Positions 23,737-33,213 of a DNA stretch of 50,510 nucleotides are shown here, piece by piece. A program made the translations under genes and the position numbers. The stretch comes from Paraphysomonas bandaiensis (taxonomy: Eukaryota > Protista > Chrysophyceae), in assembly GCA_965644295.1 (NCBI GenBank), contig CBFFRP010000339.1, positions 1-50,510 on the forward strand, given 5' to 3'. How positions within the stretch are numbered: position 1 is the first letter of the stretch; the number at the start of each line of letters is the position of its first letter. The notes beneath the pieces were generated by a model. That model made no database searches. It had not been told where the DNA came from and saw only the letters and a list, made by a program, of their open reading frames with translations.

Positions 23737-26055
23737 CTATGCATTGCTTCCTCTAACTCTTTTTTTCCTACGACCACTACCACCACGCTCACTTCTACCC
23801 CGCTTTGGCCCATTGCTCTGGACATTGCTACGAGGGGCATATATATTATTCTGACTGCGACTACTGTTTTTTTCACGAAAACTTTCCGCTTTCTTGCGAG
23901 CCTGCCGAGAACATTATTAAAAAATACTGTGTTGTATCGTAGAAAAACACGCACCTCTTTGCTTTTTCGCTTATAATCGATAGAGAGTTTCTCGCGATTC
24001 TTTTTCCAAGCATCGACAATCTCACCCTCGGACCTGAGAGCATGTCAGTATCGACCACACATAGTGGATGCAAATAACTTACATATCCCTATAGAAAGAC
24101 GCAGCAGTACTAAACACGCATACTAGTGACGGGAATTCAATTTTTCTTTCCTCTTCTACATGTGACTCTGTTGCACCTGCACTCAAGGCGCCATCACATT
24201 CCATTTCCGTATGATCACTCGCACCGAAGGAGAAAGAGAAACCATCGACTGCTGCTTCGGTGGTCGTGTCTTTGTTCTGTTCAGGGGCGCTGTCGAAAAA
24301 ACCGAATACCATCCCCGTTTTTTTAACATCCTGGGCAGACTCTCCTTCTCGAACATCAATACCGAGCTTTTCAGCCTCCAGGTATAAGCTGTCCTCCTTT
24401 AGACGCCCTGCATCTTCAGATCGCGCTACCATATCGTTCAGGGTTCCATCATCCCCCCAGGTGAATCCTCCCTATACATCATCCGAATCAGGCCTTGTGC
24501 TTATAAACGCGTATTACATACGTAATTCCAAGTGCACAATATGTCACAGCACAGCAGTAGCAAAATACGAACCTGTCTATGGAATATTCCCTTGAGCTTG
24601 TCGACATCGGCAAATTCCTTTGTCGTATCTGTGTCTCTTCTATCAGTTTCAGCTTCCTCGCTCAACCTTTTAGCCTCGTCTCTCCGACGAATTTCCTCTT
24701 CACTCAACTCCAATGCGGCAGTGGTTTGAGGAGCAGCAGAAGGGTCAAACCTAGGTGCTCCAAATGCCGCTCCAGAGCTGGCCCGAATATCCGCCTTCCG
24801 CCTCTCCGCAGCCTTAACAGGGTCTTGTTTCGCTGCAGCAGCTGTGTCTCCGTCGGTAGCCACCAGCATAGCCGCTATTTTACGTTGACGCTCACGCTCT
24901 GCATTCAGCGCATCATCTTCAAGTTCCCCTTCTCCCACGCAAGCCTCGTTGTCACTATCTGAAAGGTCTTCATACCTACCACTCTCCGTCACGACCTCCA
25001 TTTGTTCATGATTTACAGCGTGTGAGCCTGGAGCAGGGACTGCCGAAGTAAACTCCGCTACCCCATCTTCAGGTGCTGGAGTAAGTGAACTAGTGTGTCC
25101 TGAGCTCGGTGGGGCTGTGCCGCAACCGCAGGATTCTCTAGCATTTGCATCAGCGGCCTCTCGTGGAGGAAGAGAGGCTATGGCCCCAAACCCGACACGC
25201 TTGCCGCCCCCTTTGGGTGCAGCGGGCTCTGTTACAGTTGCAGAAGGAACGTCTGCGGCAGAAACAGGAGTAGAAGTTTCAGTGCTAGCATCTGCCTGTG
25301 TAACTGATTTCACAGGCTCAACCTTGCTAGCCGCTTGGAGAGGTGCAGTAGAAAGGACCGGCTGTGGGAGCCCGTTATCGGTGAACACAATCCGACGTCC
25401 ACACGGGAGGATGGCTTTGGGTCCAGTACTACTATTACCTCCCCCTCTTGCGCACACGTAAACATGCTCGTTTTTAAGTCGGCGTATCTTCCACACCCGC
25501 TCACTCAGTACTTCGGCAGGCACTTTTCGAGGGGCACATGGAATTTCATGAGTTGTAACTTCAGCGGTTTCTTTCTTCTCGCGCTCAAGTCGTTCTTTAT
25601 AAAACTCCTTAGCAACATCAACCCTATCAGTAAATTAATTTATTCATCAAATTATAGGAACCATAAAAATTATAGACCTTATTTTCGACCCTTTCCAGTG
25701 GCATCCATTGAAAGTGCGCACACCTAAATGAAACCTGTAAGGATGGCCATGGCATGACACAATGCGACAAACATTTCTTTAGCGTATCCTGGTCGGCTTG
25801 AACTTGAACCACAGCAAAAGCTCGCCTTAATCCTAATTTTATGTTAGTTATGTATTTATACTCATAAATATGCTCACCTGTTGCAGTTTTGCCGGGAATG
25901 TACACGTGTAACACAGGCGCTATTTTAGAAAACAACTGCTTGACATCCTCTTCTGTGGAGACAGCAGGCAGTTCTCCAACTATAGAACCTCTATATTACG
26001 TACAACTTCAAAAGAAAGCAACGTTACAAGTACCATATATACGCCTCTCTTCCAT
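23737..26055 (-). CDS. NOL8-like nucleolar RRM protein, multi-exon
   Basis: Spliced N-terminal RRM (RIYVGEL...EEDVKQLF...RAFAVV...FNGCHWKGSKIRVDVAKEFYKERLERE), acidic low-complexity middle, and C-terminal AWKKNREKLSIDYKRKSKEARKK motif with a basic tail. Confidence 0.75.
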
Positions 26056-26347
26056 ATTGACAGGACCGCTCTAATGCAGTCTGTCAGAGTCTGGTTCAAG
26101 GCCTATTCGAAATGAATCACCTTAATTAGTACAACTTGTACAAGGATTGAGCTAAAAATACTGATGTGTTGAATAATATAAGTTGAATATAATGCAATAG
26201 CCTAAGCGCAGTGCTGTCCAATGCATTCATTGGCAATATACGTATACGTATGATTCCTCCAGTATATAGTATGCTATGTATAGTATACAGCAGAGTTCAT
26301 GGTATTGCACGATCATTGGCTGTCGTAAAAAAAAGCAAAAAAAATGC

Positions 26348-26356
26348 AAAAAAAAA
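26348..26356 (-). terminator. Pol III oligo-T terminator of tRNA-Sec
   Basis: Run of 9 T on the minus strand beginning 2 nt after the discriminator base. Confidence 0.85.
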
Positions 26357-26358
26357 CT

Positions 26359-26445
26359 CGCAGGCGAGAGAGAATCGAACTCCTAAGCAGTTAAGCTTCC
26401 ATGGATTTGAAATCCATGCCCCATACCAATGAGGGTCACTCCTGC
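26359..26445 (-). tRNA. tRNA-Sec (anticodon UCA), 87 nt
   Basis: GCAGGAGTGAC CCTCAT TGGT ATGGGG CATGGA TTTCAAA TCCATG GAAGCTTAACTGCTTA GGAG TTCGATT CTCT CTCGCCTGC G. Shows a 6-bp D stem with 4-nt loop, 6-bp anticodon stem with TCA, long variable arm, 4-bp T stem and G discriminator, i.e. the eukaryotic tRNA-Sec fold. Confidence 0.95.
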
Positions 26446-26466
26446 ACTCTAAGGGAGGGTACACTA

Positions 26467-26475
26467 TTTTATGTA
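26467..26475 (-). promoter_or_regulatory. Possible TATA-like element upstream of tRNA-Sec
   Basis: TACATAAAA at about -30 to -22. tRNA-Sec genes commonly depend on upstream promoter elements, but the AT-rich context weakens the call. Confidence 0.35.
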
Positions 26476-26865
26476 ATAAAAATGATACATAGTACACGCA
26501 GTGTGTATGTATAATCCTTTTTAAACCTGAAAACCTGTATTTCGTAGTTAATCCAACACTGTATTCTACATGAACATATACAAATATATGGTTTCCACAT
26601 GCCCACAACTAGGAATTCTGGGAAATTTGTCAGACAATATTACCAATTTCTTAGCTTGTTACTGTATGTGGTCATATATCGTACCATACATGGACTGTAT
26701 GGCACAAGACATATACAACAGTATATATACATGTACATGTACATATAGAGTACCACATTCACACATTCATTATAATCTTTCATATTAATTGCGTTCAACG
26801 CATAAACTAGTTATTAATTTACTTCCTATATGTACTAACTATAGTCTCATCCGTAGAATACAGTT

Positions 26866-29800
26866 ATGTCTGCTTTTGGAGGGTTTAAACCTGTAGGAGG
26901 TAACACTGGTTTCTCTCCAAATACATCAAGAAATACTTCAGCATTTGGTTCAAATCAAACAAATTCTACATTCGGAGGTAACAAACCTTCAACTGCATTT
27001 GGTGGGGGTTCTACAGGAAATCAATTTGGTGGAACATCATCAAATTTCGGTTTGTAAATTGTTTTATGTGTAAATGTATATATAATGTATAACAGGTGGC
27101 TTTGGAGCTTCTTCAGGGGCAAGTGGGGGCACAGGTTTTGGTACAACAAACCAATTCGGTGCGGGAAACACACAGAATCAAGGCGGGGGTATGTTTGGTG
27201 GTAGTCCTGGAAAATCTTCCTTTGGATCTGGAGCCTCTACCCCCTTTGGAAATGCAAGTGCTCAGAGCAGTGGATTTTTGTCCTCGTCCAATAGTAACAC
27301 TACTTTTATGGGTGGGGGAGGTAATACGGGCGGTAGTCCTTTTGGCAACAAATCTGGAGTTGGAGGTTCCGCTTTTGGGAATACACAATCGCAGGTTGGA
27401 ACTATAGTATTACGGCTATATTCTTTCTGATAATTTTGTTGCTCACAGACTGGATTCAGCAGTGGATTTGGACAGCAGCAAAATTCTTCCGTGGGTAGTG
27501 GTAACCCCCCTTATGTGGTCACAACCGTGAGTTGGTATACGTGTACTCTGATTACTCTAACATGGTTGGTATTTATTGTAGGTATCTGAAAGTAATGTGC
27601 GCGGTGCGGCGAAGAATAGATTTCATTCAATTACTGCGATGCCAGCGTACCAGAACAAGAGCTTCGAGGAGATTCGTTTAGAGGACTATACTGGCAAGCC
27701 AGGTTCGTGATGTATTTTGTATCACGATATGCGAGGGTATACTTACGTATATTTTTGAACAATTAGCCTCCGGAGCACCGACAGGAGGGGGTACAGGTTT
27801 TGGTACAACTAACCAATTCGGTGCGGGAAACACACAGAATCAAGGCGGGGGTATGTTTGGTGGTAGTCCTGGAAAATCTTCCTTTGGATCTGGAGCCTCT
27901 ACCCCCTTCGGAAATGCAAGTGCTCAGAGCAGTGGATTTTTGTCCTCGTCCAATAGTAACACTACTTTTATGGGTGGGGGAGGTAATACGGGCGGTAGTC
28001 CTTTTGGCAACAAATCTGGAGTTGGAGGTTCCGCTTTTGGGAATACACAATCGCAGGTTGGAACTATAGTATTACGGCTATATTCTTTCTGATAATTTTG
28101 TTGCTCACAGACTGGATTCAGCAGTGGATTTGGACAGCAGCAAAATTCTTCCGTGGGTAGTGGTAACCCCCCTTATGTGGTCACAACGGTGAGTTGGTAT
28201 ATGTGTACTCTGATTACTCTAACATGGTTGGTATTTATTGTAGGTATCTGAAAGTAATGTGCGCGGTGCGGCGAAGAATAGATTTCATTCAATTACTGCG
28301 ATGCCAGCGTACCAGAACAAGAGCTTCGAGGAGATTCGTTTAGAGGACTATACTGGCAAGCCAGGTTCGTGATGTATTATATTTATAGGTGCATATAATG
28401 TTGATGACAATGACAGCGTCTGGAGGTACACCTGCCACAGCTGCAGGGGGGTTCGGGGCCTCTTCGGGAACTGCTTTTGGTGGGGGGGGCTTCGGTGCAT
28501 CCCCTGGAAATAGTGGAACGGGTTCCTTCGCAGCAAAACCAGCCACTGGTTTTGGTAGTAGTGGATTCGGCACTGGAACTACAGGTGGATTTGGTAATCA
28601 AAGCCAAACACAGGGAGGTTTTGGACAAACCCAAGGGGGGTTCGGCACCTCTGGTGGGGGATTTGGTGGAGGCGTCACCGGCGGATTTGGAACGCAGAAT
28701 ACAGGTGGATTTGGAGCGTCCAATCGAACAGGCGGTTTTGGGGGAAACAATAATACAGGAAGCGGAGGGTTTGGAGGTTTCAGTCAATCTACGACAGGTT
28801 TTGGTACTCAAAATGCAAATGCAAGCGGTGGGTTCGGCACTCAGAACACAGGTGGTGGGTTCGGCGCTCAGAATTCAGGCGGTGGGTTCGGTACTCAAAA
28901 TACAGGCGGTGGATTTGGGGCTAAACCTACTAGCGGTGGATTTGGGACTCAAAATGCAGGCGGTGGTGGGTTTGGTACCGGTGGGTTTGGTACTCAGAAT
29001 ACAGGCGGTGGGTTCGGCGGTCAGAATACAGGCGGCGGTGGGTTTGGTACTCAAAATACAGGCGGTGGATTTGGGGCTAAATCTACTAGCGGTGGATTTG
29101 GTACTCAAAGTCTAGGCGGTGGATTTGGTACTCAAAATACAGGCAGTGGGTTTGGTACTCAAAATGCAGGCGGTGGGTTTGGTACTCAAAACACAGGCGG
29201 TGGATTCGGCACTCAGAATACCGGCGGCGGTGGGTTTGGTACTCAAAGTACAGGCGGTGGGTTTGGTACTCAAAGTACAGGCGGTGGGTTTGGTACTCAA
29301 AATACAGGCGGTGGTTTTGGTACTCAAAGTGCAGGCGGTGGATTTGGCACTCAAAGTCTAGGCGGTGGGTTCGGAGCAAAGTCTTCAAGTGGTGGTTTCG
29401 GGTCTTCTACTGGAGCGGGGGGATTTGGAACCGGTGGTGGTTTCGGCACTGGTGGTGGTGGTTTTGGTTCCACTGCAGCCTCAACATCTCAACAGCAGAC
29501 TACCACCAGTGGATTTGGGAGTGGATCTGGGTTTGGAAATAAGCAAGCGACTGCTGGGTTTGGTACAAGTCCGAGTAAATCGACAACTGGGGGCTTTGGT
29601 ACCGGCGGTTTTGGTTCAGCTGGGGGCGGCTTCGGTACAAATGGGACAAGTGGTGGGGGATTTGGTGGACAGAACCAAGGGGCTGGAGGATTTGGGGCAA
29701 AACCGTCCAGTAGTGGTTTTGGGACGTCTACTGGACTGGGAGGGTTTGGAACGGGTAGTGGTTTTGGAACTTTAGGTGGTTTTGGCTCCTCTGCAGCCAA

Positions 29801-31076
29801 GACAGGGCTAGGGGGAGGTTCTGGGATGGGGACTAGTGGCGTCGGGTCTGTTTCGTTTGGACAGCAGCAAACTATGGCTGGCGTTGGGGGAGGGAATCAA
29901 CAAGTCCCACTGCCTGCTATGGACTCAGAACTCAAGTTGAAATCAGACTTGTTGCTACTGAAAAAAGAACTACTGGAAATTAATATGGGTGTTAGCAACG
30001 TAGCGAAAACACTCGCTACTTCTTCAGCCGTGTCGGAGCAGAGCTACGTTTCTCCGCGCCACTATAACCCGCGATCATCTGCGCACGTTCAGCCTCGTGC
30101 GACCGTGGGAATGGTCCAGCCGAGCTCCACTCAACAGAAGGTCTACTCATCAGAAAATCAAGCGATTACTGATAAACCCTCTGCCTCCAAAAGTGCCTCG
30201 TCTGTCAGGGAGCCTACGTTGCTCGCGGTTGATCCCAAGACCCGAGCAGCTGACTTAGTTGCTAGTTTACCTGTTGTGGGTGTAGATTCATCTGGTGATA
30301 GAGACAAGATAGATAGCGATCATACTCCGAAAAGATGTAATGTATCAACTCCACAGGAGACGAAGAGGTCTCCTGTGTATTCGCCTGATCATGATGCCAC
30401 TGGTTTGACACCAGCAGCTGCTGCTGACTCGCCGTACCTTCTTTCTGTTGAAAAGCCTTCTGCGAAATCCAACGGAGATGAATCGGTGTCGGTGGATGAA
30501 TCACAACGCAGTTCGTCAGCAGAGAGCGCACGAAGTGGTTACAATGGCTTAGAGTCGGAATCCACGTGTCTGTCACCTGTTGTGTCGCCGAAACCAATTT
30601 TCTTCGATACACCTCTTCAAAAGCTTTGTACTGGCCGTACCATGGATATTGTACCCACCTTAAGTAAGCCAGGACACCATTGCAAACCAGCCATTCGTGT
30701 TCTTCAAGACATGACGTCGGAGGAGCTCGAGAGCGTGAAGTGTTTTTGCATTTTCTCTCCAGGTGTTGGGCGAATTGAATGGGAAGATGAAGTTGACCTG
30801 CGTGGCTTGAATTTGGATGATTTAGTGACCATCGAAAAGGGGGCTGTATATGTGTATGAAGGCATATCGCACGCTGAGAAACCAAATGAAGGTGAAGGTC
30901 TGAATAAGCCCGCCATCGTCACTCTCTATGGTATATATCCCAAGCCAGATGCGTCACAACAAACTTACAAAGATTTTCCTAATAAGTTGCGTAGAAAGTG
31001 CGAAAAGAACGGGTCCGAATTCATAGGGTACGATATAACAAGCGGTGAATGGACGTTTCGCGTGCGTAATTTCTAA
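26866..31076 (+). CDS. NUP98: Nup98-family FG nucleoporin (GGFG repeats, two GLEBS motifs, C-terminal autoproteolytic-like/NPC-targeting domain), multi-exon
   Basis: GLEBS FHSITAMPAYQNKSFEEIRLEDY occurs twice, followed by long GGGFGTQNT repeats. C-terminal domain: VGRIEW...VDLRGLNLDDLVTI...VYVY...GEGLNKPAIVTL...FIGYD...GEWTFRVRNF*. Confidence 0.93.
27129..28378 (+). repeat. Intragenic tandem duplication (period 662 bp, ~590 bp nearly identical, exons plus introns) within NUP98
   Basis: Identical ORF-track peptides at 27191 and 27853; intron sequences are duplicated with only a few substitutions. Confidence 0.95.
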
Positions 31077-31477
31077 GTTAGTAACGGATGTACGCAAAGC
31101 CTTGGGCGTGAATATTTACACAACCAACAGTGACTAGTACTGCGTGAATTATGTGAATCTTGAGCATTTAGGGGTTTCAAGATGTAGACTTTTAGTTAGT
31201 TCATTCAAGATATTTTTCATACACTAATAATGTCGATTACATATGCAATATAAACCACATATATGGCCCCGTTAAAACTGGATCTTATGATGTAATATGC
31301 ATTCATAACGACACATTGGGAAAGTTTATGAGTCAATTCACTACGTCGATCAGTAGTGGCGAACATACTAGACATATACTTAGTAGCAGAATGCACGAAA
31401 ATATATATTGTTTATTTATATCCGTAATATTTGTTGAGTTCTACAATATGAGAGCTGTAGTTATAATAAGGTATTCA

Positions 31478-31561
31478 CCCTCAACAAAGTCGGAATCGCA
31501 CCTTCTCGTGGTGCTATGGGGAATAAGTACCGGAGAGATTTCTACGGGATACTTACGTGAG
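31478..31561 (+). ncRNA. Putative HDV-like ribozyme (copy C, P1 partly disrupted)
   Basis: P2 UCGC/GUGA, P3 ACC-UUCUCGU-GGU, P4 CCGGAGAG..UUCUACGG; J4/2 GAUACUUAC retains the candidate catalytic C. Confidence 0.55.
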
Positions 31562-31970
31562 CCGCATATATAGTCAGCAGATATCAGATATTGTTCTGTC
31601 CACTCATAGCCTAATGTTTGTGTGGTGCAAAGGAAACTTGTGTAGACGTCTTTGGGCCTTGTCGAATAAACAGTCATTCGGGACAGGGCCCACCTCAAGG
31701 GAATCCCGGGGATTGGGCTGCCTGCCGAAGTCAAGCATCCTGGATGTTCACCGTAAGAACTCGAAAAGCCGGTAGTCAGCAGTTGCCAGGTACATCAACG
31801 TTTGCTTTCTCACTGCCTTTGCTTTGTGATAGAGCGAAAGTAGTTGTACCTTGGTGCTTGTGATGACGAACAAACAGCTTTCGCAGCGCTAAGTAGTAGG
31901 ATATCAGAGTTAATTACTAGTTAGTCAAATTACAATGCCAAATTAGTCCTGAAGTATTGCTAAAAGTAAG
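31478..31970 (+). mobile_element. Copy C of the SINE-like repeat
   Basis: Starts CCCTCAACAAAGTCGG and ends TATTGCTAAAAGTAAG. Flanked by TAAGGTATTCA (31467-31477) and TAAGATATTCA (31967-31977), a 10/11 TSD-like match overlapping the tail. Confidence 0.88.
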
Positions 31971-32352
31971 ATATTCACTACTAAACGTATAATAAACTGA
32001 ATTGAGAGTTTATAAATAGTAAACTGTTTGGTGATAAACAATCAGAGAATAATGAGCTTATTCTTTGTTGGGTTTATGCTATATGTCGTTATGACTTATA
32101 TGCATAGCGTTTTATAACCATTATTCTATCTAGTTGAACGTAATACTATCTATACGACGAATAGCATTTAAATCAGGGCCTGGTAACCGTTAATGGTAAG
32201 GGCCTGCTTGCTTCATATATTGAAGCACAATCTAATATTGTTGAGAGGCTTTTTAGTCGTGCAAAGTTGATTACGACACCAGAGCGTAGAAACATGAATC
32301 CATATCGTCTAATATCGTTGCTATTCCTACGAGCCAATTACATATTGAAAGT

Positions 32353-32839
32353 CTTATTATTAGCAATATATAGGCGTTAAAAACCTGCACCAACTTAGTA
32401 GCTAGATGAATGCTAGACAAACTAGAGTTAGACCTCTACCCCTGTAACTAATCAGTACACACTTTTTTATCCTACAATTTAACGCTACGAAAGCTGCTTG
32501 TGCGTCGCCGCAAGCACCAAGGTGCGACCACTTCCGCTCTGAGTTCTTAAGGTGAACATCCCGGATGCTTGACTTCAGCAGGCAGCCCAATACCCCGGTT
32601 ACCCTTGAGGTGGGCCCATTCCCGGATGCCTGTTTATTCGTCAGGGCCCAAAGACGTCTACACAAGTGACACATATTAGTGTCCCTTGTACCACACAAGC
32701 ATTCGGCTATGAGTGGGCAGAACAATATCTGATATTTGCTGACTATGTTTGCGGCTCACATTAGTTTCCCAGAGAGAATATCTCCGGTACTTATCCCCCA
32801 GACAACCACGAGAAGGTGCGAGTTCGACTTTGTTGAGGG
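32353..32839 (-). mobile_element. Copy D of the SINE-like repeat, with ~19-bp TSD
   Basis: Flanks GAGCCAATTACATATTGAA (32331-32349) and GAGCCAATTACACGTTGAA (32840-32858) are 17/19 identical. Same termini as copies A and C. Confidence 0.9.
32755..32839 (-). ncRNA. Putative HDV-like ribozyme (copy D, best preserved)
   Basis: CCCUCAACA AAGUCGAA CUCGC ACC UUCUCGU GGU UGUCUGGGGG AUAAGUA CCGGAGA UAUUC UCUCUGG GAAACUAAU GUGAG. P1 with one bulge, 5-bp P2, P3 with 7-nt L3, 7-bp P4, CUAA in J4/2. Confidence 0.7.
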
Positions 32840-33213
32840 GAGCCAATTACACGTTGAAGCCCTGCAAGAAGATCCTGATGTTCCTATGGAGGGCGAGAAG
32901 TAGTTACAATTCGTAGTCTGCTATTAAACTAAAAATTAGTAATTAAGGGAGCACCACACTATCTATTATGAGCGGTATGATCTACTTTAAGTTAGTAGGT
33001 ATTAATGGTCATTAATGAGCCATTAATGGCCATTATAATTGCCGGGACATTTTTCATAAATGCCATTATAATTACCGGTAACTAAACGCACGATCTGCTA
33101 CTCCAGCTAGTATGTGCACCAGGACCAGGATTATGACAACTGCATGGGGTGTGATTCATCCCTAAAAGCGTAAAGATGACGTGAATTTTATTAGGAAATA
33201 TCAAATATTATTG

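Larger units (their letters stand above)
32174..33084 (+). mobile_element. Decayed hAT derivative interrupted by SINE-like copy D
   Basis: Left end CAGGGCCTGGTAACCGTTAATGG. Remnant YIEAQSNIVERLFSRAKLITTPERRNMNPYRLISLLFLRANY (32216-32342) fits the hAT C-terminal dimerization motif. TAATGG/CCATTA subterminal repeats at ~33000-33070. Right end degenerate and no TSD found. Confidence 0.7.

Noticed and set aside
28383-29800. Alternative-frame and antisense repetitive ORFs over NUP98
   Set aside because: By-products of the GGFG repeat codons.
31441-31734. 97-aa ORF in the repeat (GYEWTEQYL, echoed at 20047-20355)
   Set aside because: The frame is broken by indels in other copies and is antisense to the inferred element; the peptide similarity only reflects DNA similarity.
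32815-32839. GAGTTCGAC as a Pol III B-box (tRNA-derived SINE)
   Set aside because: Not conserved in the other copies (GATTCCGAC, GACTCCGAC), lies on the strand opposite the inferred transcript, and there is no A-box or cloverleaf.
31478-32839. Inverted copies C and D as the long TIRs of one foldback element, or as Fanzor/omega-RNA ends
   Set aside because: Each copy has its own TSD-like flanks, solitary copies exist elsewhere in the window, and no TnpB/Fanzor ORF or remnant is visible.
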